Shown piece after piece: positions 35,094 through 46,744 of a DNA stretch of 64,000 nt. The translations under genes were made by a program, and so were the position numbers. This DNA comes from Hypanus sabinus (taxonomy: Eukaryota). Each line of letters starts with the position of its first letter. Within the stretch, counting starts at the first letter, position 1. The notes under the pieces are model-generated. The model worked only from the letters and a program-made list of their open reading frames with translations, did not search any database and was not told the origin of the DNA. The stretch covers positions 20,646,001-20,710,000 of the forward strand of contig NC_082731.1 in assembly GCF_030144855.1 (NCBI RefSeq). The letters run 5' to 3'.

Positions 35094-35556
35094 CGAATTT
35101 GAGCAGATCCGCTGCTTCCCTGCAATACTGAAGAGTCCTTTGTGCAGAGGTATACACCAGAGTCCGGGAATAGAGTTCCAGAGATACATAAATTAGATGA
35201 ATCTGCGTATGTGCATAACAGCTGTAAACCTCGCTGGACATTTTGTGGCTGCTCGAGTTTTCTACAGCAATATCGATTCAGCAGTTTGCAGGAGATTCTC
35301 CGCGATGATGAGTGTATTAAACATGTTTGTGTTAGTTGGTGTAATTGCATTTCAGCGTTATCATCTGACTTTCTTCAGCCGATAATTTAGGAGCATCCTG
35401 ATCACAGAATTGTACTTTCTCTTTCCTGCAAAATTGAACGGAAAGCAGTGACTTCCCTGACTTGCTCTGAACTGTCCTCTCGCTGCTCATGTGTGCAGTG
35501 TCTTAGCTGTCAGGATGTCGAATGAATCCTATAAGAAACTGAAGGGCACTTACTGA
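35094..35556 (-). pseudogene. Inverted family B pseudogene iB3
   Basis: iB2 + 4112 bp; same lesions. Confidence 0.88.
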
Positions 35557-36062
35557 CTCGCTTAAGCCCCGAAAGGATCACAATCCACTTACAACATTAA
35601 TCAACGTGACAGATAGTGGAGATTAAAACATTTCAGAAGTAGAATGAACGGTGCAATGCACAAAGATTTCTAGATAAACCAGAACGAAAACTATATGAGC
35701 ACTAATCAGATTTTAGTTACGTTGAAACCCCGTTTTTGCCTTTTCACACGCAATAAACCTCTACTTCTCTGTCTCCCCCTCCATCTGTTTCTTTCACCCC
35801 TATTGCAATCCGGAATGAACAGAGAGGACGCATGGCGTCATGGAGAAACAGGCAGCATGACGTATGAAAGGAAAACAGATTCTGATTGGTGCTCAGAAAG
35901 TCTCGGTTCATTGTTTCAGCCAATCCTTTAACCAGGAAAACGCCCCCGCTTATACATCAGGTGAAAGAAATCGCTGAAAAGACCTCACACCGCAATATCT
36001 TTTGAGTGATAATTACGTCGTGGAAGGAATCTGCCGTTCAATTCAGCCAGAAGTTAGACATC

Positions 36063-36493
36063 ATGATTTCCTTCTGTTTACTAATGATTGCATTGGCTGT
36101 GCTGCCTGGTGAGTGTCTGCGAAAGTGGTCAGCGAATTTGTCTGGCGTTCATTGCAAATCAATGTTGTTGATGGTTCTGTCCTTTATTGCAGGAGTAAGT
36201 GGGAAAGATTCAGTGACGCAGGATCCTCCTGACCTCACGTCCAAGGAAGGAGAGAACATAACACTGAACTGTAGTTTCACTTATAATGATCCATACATCT
36301 TTTGGTACATTCAACATAGTGGAGAACCTCCAAATTATTTGCTGAAGGTAACAAGCACAGGAGGAACGCAACGGCATTCAGGGTGCCCATTGAGGTTCTC
36401 CGCTGGTTTGCAGAAAGACAGCAATACGGCACAATTGAATATCAGTGAAGCTCTCGTGTCGGACTCTGGCGTGTATCTCTGTGCAATGAGTAC
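36063..36493 (+). CDS. TRAV: Functional-looking TCR alpha/delta V segment A7 (exons 36063-36108, 36193-36493)
   Basis: Near-identical to A5/A6 (FSAG variant). RSS 36494-36532 CACACTG/23/ACAGAAACT. Confidence 0.92.
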
Positions 36494-38002
36494 CACACTG
36501 TTTTACGGAAACGGCGAGTCCGTACAGAAACTAGTCCTGTATAATTCAAAAAGCTGTCACAGGAGGGCGCCTTTTCGCTGCGAATCTGGAAGGGTGCGAA
36601 CCGAGAAATCATGCATGGTCACGTGCACTGCTTAAGAGCGCTGTCAGCAGCATCACAAGGCGCCGAAGCTGACGGAACAGTTCCTGATTGCAAGGCGTAA
36701 GCGAAGCATCATTTCATGAATAACGCAATATGCATTCGCCCATCTTCTTTTGCTGTTAGAGTCTCTAACGATGGACAGCTTTGACTGGCATTGTCTTTGA
36801 CTACTTTGTTCGTTTGTCTGCAAGGGAAAATAATAAAGTCGGATTGGAACCAAGATATATTTAAGGTGGTCAATGTCTGGCCAAAGGGAAACAGAAGTTG
36901 GCAAAATTGATGCTTTCCAGAATGACAACGAATTGCAAGTGGCATGCTACTGAAACCCACAGGTTCACAACCCACTGAAAGTAAGCAAAATACAACAGCT
37001 ACTCATTACATACTGTGTATTTAGATAATCGGACAGAAACTGCGGATGTTTAGCGTGATATGAATGGTCAATTTTCGTCGGTGTATTACTGTACTGTGTG
37101 GAAGAGGTACAGTGTTGGAAGTAACATTGTGGTTATGATACATACAGGCGACCGCATACTACCCTAAGATGCATACTTTGAATACATTTTCAGTATAGAA
37201 GACCCTGAGAGGCAGAGAGGGAATGGGATCACAAATGATATCTTGTATAACCCTGTTTCCCAACCAGATTTTACTGATCTGATCACTGAAAGCCCAAAGC
37301 AGCACAGCGTGAGAGAAAGAGAGAGAGAGAGACAGAGAGAGAGACACACACACAGATAAAGTGAGAGAGAGAGAGAGAGAGAGAGGTGTATGGGTGATCT
37401 TCAAAGAGCGAATGAATGTTTAGAAAGACGAACAGCAATGAAGCAGAGTCTAATTGTCGCTGTGAAAGATTTCCGTACTTTATTTCAGATAATCCAAAAA
37501 ACAGTTTATTGCACTGGAGTTACACAAGGTGAAACCTCTCGCTGAAACGACCGCATATCTGTTGAGTGACAATTGCGTCCTGAATCTGCCGTTAGATCCA
37601 GACAGAGATTAGACACCATTAGAAATCATGCATGGTCACGTTAATAGCGCTGTAAGCCGCAGCACAAGGCGCCGATGCTGAAGAAACAGTTCCTGATTGC
37701 AAGGCGTAAGCGAACAATCTTCTCTGTTAATCTCTCGGGAAAGTGAAAAATGAAGTCCAGCAAAAAAATAATTACAAGTTATTCTGATAGGCAACAAGCC
37801 GACTTTGACACCAACATACCGTGCAAATGCTTCGGAAAGCCGCCATAATATCCAGAAGTAAAGCCAAATTCATGAACTGTTCCACACGTTTCCGCGCATT
37901 TTGCTGCTGCATGCAGCATTTCAAATCAACCACTTGATCTTTGCGTTTTCTGCTTTACTGCTACATCAGCAAAAGGGCGCCCTCTATTGATCACGCAGCG
38001 CA

Positions 38003-38465
38003 CGAATTTGAGCAGATCCGCTGCTTCCCGGCAACACTGAAGAGTCCTTTGTGCAGAGGTATACACCAGAGTCCGGGAATAGAGTTCCAGAGATACATAA
38101 ATAAGATGAATCTGCGTATGTGCATAACAGCTGTAAACCTCGCTGGACATTTTGAGGCTGCTCGAGTTTTCTACAGCAATATCGATTCAGCAGTTTGCAG
38201 GAGATTCTCCGCGATGATGAGTGTATTAAACATGTTTGTGTTAGTTGGTGTAATTGCATTTCAGCGTTATCATCTGACTTTCGTCAGCCGATAATTTCGG
38301 AGCATCCTGATCACAGAATTGTACTTTCTCTTTCCTGCAAAATAGAACGTAAAGCAGTGACTTCCCTGACTTGCTCTGAACTGTCCTCTCGCTGCTCATG
38401 TGTGCAGTGTCTTAGCTGTCAGGATGTCGAATGAATCCTATAAGAAACTGAAGGGCACTTACTGA
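38003..38465 (-). pseudogene. Inverted family B pseudogene iB4
   Basis: Same structure; heptamer TTCAGTG at 38041-38035. Confidence 0.88.
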
Positions 38466-38959
38466 CTCGCTTAAGCCCCGAAAGGATCACAATCCACTTA
38501 CAACATTAATCAACGTGACAGATAGTGGAGATTAAAACGTATCAGAAGTAGAATGAACGGTGCAATGCACAAAGATTTCTAGTTAAAACCAGAACGAAAA
38601 CTATATGAGTACTAATCAGATTTCAGTAACGTTGAAACCCCTTTTTTGCCTTTTCACACGCTATAAATCTCTGCTTCTCTGTCTCTCCCTCCATCTCTTT
38701 ATTGCACCTCTATTGCAATCCGTAATGAACAGAGGGAACGCATGGTGTCATGGAGAAACAGGCAAAATGACGTATGAAAGAAAAACAAATTCTGATTGGT
38801 GCTCAGAAAGTCTCGGTTCATTGTGTCGGCCAGTCCTTTTACCAGGGAAAAGCCTCCGCTTATACATAAGGTGAAATAAATCGCTGAAAAGACATCACAC
38901 CGCAATATCTATTGAGTGTTGGCTGTATCCTGGAAGGAATGTGCCAGAAATTAGACACC

Positions 38960-39424
38960 ATGGTTTCCCTGTATTTATTATTGATTGCATTGGTCGTGCT
39001 GCCTGTTGAGTGAGGCGAGGGTGGCAAGCGAATTTCGCCGGCGTTCAATACAAGCCCCTGCTGTTGATATATTCTGTCCTTTCTTGCAGGAGCGAGTGGG
39101 ATAGATTCAGTGACGCAGTATCCTCCCAAAGTAACGGCTAGGGAAGTACAGAACATAACACTGTAATTACACAGAATATGATCCATATATCTTTTGGTAT
39201 ATTCAACATAGTGGAGAACCTCCAAATTATTTGCTGAGGGTAACTAGCACTGGAGGAATGCAACGGCATCTAGACTGCCCATTGAGGTTTACCGCTAGTT
39301 TGCAGAAATTCAGCAAGACGGCTCAATTGAATATCGTTGAAGCTCTCGTGTCAGACTCTGGCATGTACCTCTGTGCAATGAGTACCACACTGTTGAATGG
39401 CTAAGGCGGGTCCAGATAAAAACT
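38960..39424 (+). pseudogene. TRAV: TCR V pseudogene, family A copy A8
   Basis: Donor GT mutated to TT (39006). A 4-bp deletion just before the first Cys gives TAA. RSS CACACTG (39386-39392)/23/ATAAAAACT. Confidence 0.9.
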
Positions 39425-39807
39425 AGTCCTGCGTGATGCAAAGAGCTCTCACCAAAGGGCGCCTCTTCACGGCCAATCTGGAAGAGGTGCACCCAGAAAT
39501 CATGCATGGTCACGCGCCCTGCTTAAGTGCGCTGTAAGCAGCAGTACAAGGCGCCGACGCTGACGGAACAGTTTCTGATTACAAAGCTCAAGCGAAATGG
39601 AAATTTGCAATTCATTTCCTGAAAAACGGAATGTGCATTCACTCATCTTCTTTTGCTGCAAGGGTATATAACTATGGACAGCTTTGATTGACATTGCCTT
39701 TGCCCACTTCATTCGTTTGTCTGCAAGCAAAATTAATGAGGGTGGAGTGCAACAACGATACATTTGAAGCGGCGAATGGCTGACCAAAGGAAAACAAAAG
39801 GAGTCCG

Positions 39808-40422
39808 CCAAAAGAAGCAAGATCTCCCAGTGGCCACACATTTTGATTCCACGTCGCATTCCCATTTCGATATGTCAATCCATGGCCTCTTATGCAGTCG
39901 AGATGAAGCCACAGTTTGGAGGAAGAACATCTCATTTTTCGTCTGATAGCATGAACACTGATTTTCCCTAACATCTGTTGATGCCTCTCCTGCCCTTCCT
40001 ACCCCATCCCTGTTCATTTATTCATTTATTGATTATTTTTTCTCTCTTTCGCTCTTACAATAACTCCTTGCCTGTTCCCCATATTGCTCTGGTTATCTCC
40101 TCCCAATTTCTTTCTTCCAAGGCTTTCCGTCCCGTGATGCTGCCCCTTTTTCAGCCTTGTATCCCTTTTACCAGTCAACCTCACAGCTCTTGGTTTCATC
40201 CCACCTCCTCCTGTCTTCTCCTATCATTTCAGATCTCCCTTTACCTTTCCCACTTTCAAATCTCTTTCTATTTCTTTTTTTTCCGTTAGTACTGACGAAG
40301 GGTCTCGACCCGAAACGTCGACTGTATTTCTTCCTAGAGATGCTGAGTGGCCTGCTGCGTTCAATTGGCATTTTGTGTGTGTTGCTTGAATTTCCATCAT
40401 CTGAAGTTTTTCTCCCTTTTTG
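39808..40422 (+). mobile_element. Penelope-like element 3' fragment (GIY-YIG C-terminus + terminal repeat)
   Basis: VRQKKQDLPVATHFDSTSHSHFDMSIHGLL..DEAT. Terminal CTGACGAAGGGTCTCGACCCGAAACGTCGACTG. Inserted in the post-A8 spacer. Confidence 0.8.
40288..40323 (+). ncRNA. Minimal type I hammerhead-ribozyme motif in the Penelope terminus (second, more decayed copy ~52931-52967)
   Basis: AGT-a-CTGACGA-a-GGGT/ctcg/ACCC-GAAAC-GTC-g-ACT: core CUGANGA and GAAA, stem II, palindromic ACGT stem III, GUC cleavage triplet, stem I AGT/ACT. Confidence 0.6.
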
Positions 40423-41469
40423 TTTGGTGACAAAATTCATGCTTTCCAGAATGACATAGAATTGTAAATGTCATGTTATTAAAACCTAGAAAATCACAAC
40501 ACACTGATGTTAAGGAAGATGCAAACTCTACTTATGATTTATACTGTGTATTTAGGTCATCTGAAGAGGACCTGTGGATGTTTAGCGTGATAGAGAATGC
40601 ACATACTATGTTCCTCGGTGTATTTCCGTGCTGTGTGAAACAGGTTCAGTTTTGAATGTAACTTTATGGTGAAAATACATATAGGCGAATACTACCCCGA
40701 GTTTCATATTTTGAAGGCATTTTCAGTATAAAGGAGCGAGAGAAGAAGAGCGGGAATGGGATCACGACAGAGTGATAGCTTGTACAATCTGGTTTCCCAA
40801 ACCAGATTTAACAAATCCGAAGTAATCATCACCTGGGTGTATTTTGGTACAGTTATCTAAATTGCGAATAGAATTTGTCTGTTATTGTCGCATGTTTGCG
40901 TCGAATCGGTTTTTATAGATGAATTCACTGCACCTCTTATCACGTTAGTACAAGGTAAAACAATAAAGCGATTCAACAGTAAAATGTAATAGACGTATAA
41001 AAGTGTTATGCAGCCAAAAAATGAAGAGCAAGATCGTGCAGAGGTGGATCATACTGACGTGGATTGGGACTGAGATTCAATATCATCCCACAGTTCAAGA
41101 TTCTTAGAATCGGATGGAATGTATACTTGTGCACATTGCAACGTGCTTTTTGTCTTCTGTGCTTTCGCTCAGATGGAAGAGAGAAACAGAGAGAAAGACC
41201 GATTACTCTCCAAGGATCAAAAAATGATTGCATTTGTTCCAAAGATATATTTCGACATTCTGAAACTCTCAATTTAATGGTATGTTTACCGTTTCCAAAA
41301 ATTCGTTACGACACTGTTTCATATAAAATGGTGGAACAGACTGGATTGGACAAATGGACTAATTCTAATCTTCTATCTTATGGTCTAATATTTAACAGAC
41401 TTACCACTCCATTTTTCGCAAATTCCTCGTAACATGTACCTACATGAACCTTCGATCAGGAGGACGGGC

Positions 41470-41900
41470 TATCCAGAACATCTTTTCGGAACGTTGAAGA
41501 AACGATAACGCCAGAAACATGGAAACAGAGCAGACAGGTATCTGCTGATAGAATTGAATGCCGGAATCGAACCGGATCACTGGTGACATGACACCAGATA
41601 TCATCGCGCTGCAAGGTAGGTACTCTGCATTCCACCAACTCCATTTTTCCGCTCAGCCGATATTCTGTGAGCTGCAGGACAGCCTGATAGGTTCCTTCAC
41701 TTTGCAGACCCTCACACTTACTTCAAACTGGTTGATGTTCATTTAATTTTGTTTCTTTTTCTGGTGTACCAAGGTGTAGCGAAAAACCTATCCAACGTGC
41801 TTTAATGGTTCACTTTAAAATCAGAGAATGTGCACTATACACAACATGAAATTCATATCCTCCTCAGGCATCCTCCAAACTGTACAAAACCCAAAGCAGC
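41470..41900 (-). pseudogene. Family E relic, copy 3
   Basis: Minus strand 41730-41674 reads QFEVSVRVCKVKEPIRLSC (V FR1-like, Cys retained); colinear with E1 and the 19.4k copy. Confidence 0.55.
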
Positions 41901-42229
41901 ATGAGAGAGACAGAAAGACAGAGAGTGAGAGAGAGATAGAAAGAGTGAGAGAGAGAGTAGAGGAAGGGATAGAGAGAGCGAGTGGTGCATGTTCGAACTT
42001 CAAGGAATGGAGAAACGAGTAGTAAATCGAATAAGAATGATGCAGAGTCTAATTGTTGCTCTGAAAGATTTCGGTTCTTTATATCATTGAATATGAAAAG
42101 TAGGGAAACGCCCTGGGTTTTACACTAGGTGAAAGCTATCGCTGAAATGGTGTCCCACCACAATATCTGTTGCGTGATAATTACGTCATGGAAGGAATCT
42201 CCGTTCGATCCAGACATAATCCAGACACC

Positions 42230-45200
42230 TCGCTTTTCAACTGTTCATGACGGATTTGATTGGCTGTGCTGCCTGTTGAGTTTCTACGAAAGTGGTGAAC
42301 GAATTTCCTGTGCGTTCGATACAAGACAGCGATCTTTACTTACTGTGTCCTTTATAGACAATAGACAATAGGTGCAGAAGTAGACCATTCGGCCGTTCGA
42401 GCCTGCATCGTCATTTTGAGGTCATGGCTGATCATCTACTATCAATACCCGCTTCCTGCTTTGTCTCCATATCCCTTGATTCCCCTATCCATATGATACC
42501 TATCTAGCTCCTTCTTGAAAGCATCCAGTGAATTGGCCTCCACTACTATCCGAGGCAGTGCATTCCAGACCCCACAACTCTCTGGGAGAAGAAGTTTTTC
42601 CTTAACTCTGTCCTAAATGACCAACCCCTTATTCTCAATCCATGCCGTCAGGTACTGGATTCTCCCAGCATCTGGAGCATATTTCCTGCCTCTGGCTTGT
42701 CCAATCCCTTAATAATCTTATATGCTTCAATCAGATCCCCTCTCAAACTCCTTAATTCCAGCGTGTACAAGCCCAGTCTCTCTAACCTCTCTGCATAAGA
42801 CAGTCCAGGCATCCCAGGAAATAACCTCGTGAACCTACGCTGCACTTCCTCTACAGCCAGGATGTCCTTCCTTAACCCTGGAGATCAACACTGTACACAA
42901 GACCACACAAGTGTGGTCTCACCAGGGCTCTGTAAAATGCAAGTGGATTTCCTTGCTCTTGTACTCAATTCCCTTTGTAATAAAGGCCAACATTCCATTA
43001 GCCTACTTCACTGCCTGCTGCACTTGCTTATTCACCTTCAGTGACTGATCAACAAGGACTCCTAGATCTCTTTGTATTACTCCCTTACCTAACTCTACAC
43101 CGTTCAGACAATAATCTGCCTTCCTGTTCTTACTCCCAAAGTGGATAACCTCACACTTATTCACATTAAGCATCATTTGCCAAGTATCTGCCCACTCACC
43201 CAGCCTATCCAAGTCACCCTGAATTCTCCTAACATCCTCATCACATGTCACACTACCACCCAGCTTCGTATCATCAGCAAATTTGCTGATGTTATTCTCA
43301 GTGCCTTAATCTAAATCGTTGACGTATAGAGTAAACAGCTGCGGTCCCAATACATGAACCCTATGGCACCCCACTAGTCACCACCTGCCATTCCGAGAAA
43401 CACCCATTCACCGCTACCCTTTGCTTTCTATCGGCCAACCAGTTTTATATCCATGTCAATGTCTTCCCCCCAATGCCATGAGCTTTGATTTTACCCACCG
43501 ATCTCCTATGTGGGACCTTATCAAATGCCTACTGAAAATCGAGGTACACTACATCCACCCGTCTAACTTCCTGGTTACATCCTCGAAAAACTCCAACATA
43601 TTAGTCAAACATGATCTACCCTTGGTAAATCCATACAGGCTCCGTCCAATGCTATCACTGCTATCTAGATATGCCACTATTTTCATCTTTAATAATGGAC
43701 TCTAGCATCTTCCCCACCACCGATGTCAGGCTGACAGGTCGATAGTCCTCTGTTTTCTCCCTCCCTCCTTTCTTGAAAAGTGGGATAACATTAGCCATTC
43801 TCCAATCCTCAGGAACTGATCCTGAATCTAAGGAACATTGGAAAATGATTACCAATGCATCCGCAATTTCAAGGGCCACCTCCTTTAGTACCCTACGATG
43901 CAGACCATCTGGACCTGGGGATTTGTCAGCCTTCAGTCCCATCAGTCTACTCAACACCGTTTCCCTCCTGATATCAATCTGTTTCATTTCCTATGTTACC
44001 CGATGTCCTTGGCCCATCCATACATCTGAGAGATTGCTTGTGTCTTCCTTAGTGAAGACAGATCGAAAGTACTTATTAAATTCTTCAGCCATTTCTCTGT
44101 TTCCCATAACAATTTCACCCAATTCATTGTTCAAGGGCTCAACATTGTTCTTAACTATCTTCTTTCTCTTCACATACTTATAAAAGCTTTTGCTATCCTC
44201 CTTTATATTCCTGGCAAGCTTGAGTTCGTACCTCATTTTTTCTCCCCGTATTGTCTTTTTAGTTAAGTTCTGTTTCTCCTTAACTTCGCAATCATCTGTC
44301 CTCCCACTCACCTTAGCTCTGTCATACTTCATTTTTTTAATGCTATGCAATCTCTGACTTCCTTTGTCAACCACTGTGGCTAATTTCCCCCCTTTGAATC
44401 CTTCCTTCTCCGGGGGATGAACTGATTTTGCACCTTGTGCATTATTTACAAGAATAACTGCCATTGCTATTCCATTGTCTTTTCAGCTGGGATATCCGTC
44501 CAGTCAACTTTGGCCAGCTCCTCCCTCATGGCTCCATAGTTTCCCCTGTTCAACTGCAACACTGACACCTCCGAGCTGCCGTTATCCCTCAAATTACAGT
44601 TGAAAACTTATCAAATTATGGTCACTACCTCCTAATGGCTCCTTTACTTCAAGATCTCTTATCAAATCCTGTTCATTACATAACACTAAATCCAGAATGG
44701 CCTTGTCCCTGGTCGGCTATCGTACAAGCTGTTCCAAGAATGCATCCAGTAGGCACTCTACAAATTCCCTATCCTGGGGACCAGCACCAACCTGATTCTC
44801 CCAGTTCACCTGCAAGTTGAAATCCCCCATAACTACTGCGACATTACCTTTGTCACATGCCAATGTTAACTCCCTATTCAACTTGCACCCAATATCCATG
44901 CTACTGTTTGGTGGTCTGTAGTCAACACCCTTTAGGGTCCTTTCTTCCTTATTGTTCCTCAGTTCTATCTACACAGACTCCACTTCTCCTGATCCTATGA
45001 GCCTCCTTGCAAATGACTGAATCTCATTCCTCACCAACGGGGCCACCCCACCACCTCTGCCCACATTTCTGACCCTACGATAGTACGTATACCCTTGTAC
45101 ATTCATTTCCCAGATCTGATCTCCCTGTAGCCATGTCTCCGTTATGCCAACGACATCATAGTTACCCATTCACACCTGAGCTTCAAGCTCATCCGCCTTA

Positions 45201-46499
45201 TTTCTGACACTTCGTGCATTCAGATATAGATTTTTTAGCCCATTTCTCCTCTCTCTGTTTGAATCGCTGCCTATTGTGCTTAACCCAGCTCCCCGAACTC
45301 CCATTGGGCTATACGCCCCGAGGATTTTGTTGTCCTTCTTAAATTTACTTATTCTTTCTGCACATTTAACTCCATGTTCCGTCAGACCATCCCTCTGTAC
45401 ATGTGTCCTCCTTATCACTTGTTCCGCCTCACCTTTCTCTACTACACACTTAATATTCCGGAACCGTGTTGTCCTCACCAGTCCTTTATTCTTCCTCTCG
45501 CTATCCGCTCTCACATTCTGGATCCCCGCCCCCTGCAAATTTAGTTTAAATCCTCCCCAAGAAGCACTAGCAAGCTTCCCTGCAAGAATATTAGTACCGC
45601 TCCATTTCAGGTGTAAACCGTCCGTTCGGAACAGATCCCACCTTCCCTGGAACAAAGCCCAATTATCTAAAAACCTGAAGTCCTCCCTCCTGCACCATCC
45701 TCTCAGCCACGTATTAATCTTTATAATCCTTCTGTTCCTTGCCTCACTTGCACGTGGCATAGGTAACAATCCTGAGATTATTACCCTCGATGTCCTGCTC
45801 TTCAACTTCGTACCTAACTCCCTGAACTCCCTACGCAGGATCCCCACACTCATCCTACCCACGTCATTGGCCCCTACATAGACCACAACAATCCCTCTCG
45901 GGAATAACCTGCACCCGATCTGAGATGTCTCGGACCCCGGCAGCAGAGAAGCAACATACCATCCGAGACTCCCGATCTTACCCACAAAATCTCCTATCCG
46001 CCCCCCTGACTATAGAATCCCCTATCACTACCGCTCTCTTCTATTCCCTCCTCTCCTTCCTAGTCGAGGGTCCAACCTCAGTGCCAGAGATAGGACCACT
46101 GCAGCTTGTTCCTGGTAGGCCATCCCCACTAACAGTATCCAAGACGGTGTACTTATTTTTGATGGGAACGGCCACAGGGGTGCTCAGGTTTATTTCAGGA
46201 ACGCGAGAGGAAGATTCAGTGATGTAGAGCATTCCCTACGTGACGGCTGAGAAAGAACAGATCATAACACTGAAATGTTATTACACTAAAGCTGATGCAA
46301 ATATTTTTTCGTACATTCAACATTGTGGAGAATCTCCGAAGTATTTGCTGTACTTATACAGCATAGCATTAATTGAGAGGCACCCAGGTTGCTCAGTGAG
46401 ATTTACTGCTAGTTGCAGAAGGAGAACTAGACGGCTTAATTACATTTCCTTGAAAATCTTATTTCGAATACCTGCTTGTATCTGTATCTGGAGAAAACT
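42230..46499 (+). pseudogene. TRAV: Family A copy A9, split by a CR1 LINE in its intron
   Basis: Leader 42230-42275 without ATG and with TT donor. Exon 2 from 46199 (EKEQIITLKCYYTKADANIFSYIQH..HPGCSVRFTAS). Second Cys and heptamer deleted; only AGAAAACT nonamer remnant remains. Confidence 0.85.
42356..46188 (-). mobile_element. CR1 LINE (ORF1 SGNH/esterase-like, APE endonuclease, RT; degraded)
   Basis: ORF 45170-45985 (VVVYVGANDVGR..VIISGLLP..FLDNW..DGLHL..LYLNARSVRNK), VVGITETW, VVMGDFN, KSPGPDG..YRPVSLTS. (ATTGTCT)n tail; putative 5-bp TSD TTTAT (42351-42355, 46189-46193). Confidence 0.93.
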
Positions 46500-46744
46500 G
46501 GTCCTGTTTTATGCAAACAAGCTCTCATAGGAGGGCGCCTTTTTCCTGGAAACCGTAAGGGGTGCACTAATTAATTAGTCATGGTCACGGGCCCTGCTTA
46601 AGACCGCTGAAAGCAGCAGCAGAAGGCGCCGAATACAAAGGCGCAGTTCTTGATTACACTGCAGAACTAAAATGGAATTTTACAACGGATTTCCGGGGTA
46701 CTGCAATGTTTCTTTTCACCCAACCCCTTTTGCTGCAATTGCAT

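Noticed and set aside
45170-45985. 271-aa SGNH-hydrolase-like ORF as a host gene
   Set aside because: It runs directly into the CR1 endonuclease (LYLNARS) and lies inside a TSD-bounded LINE.
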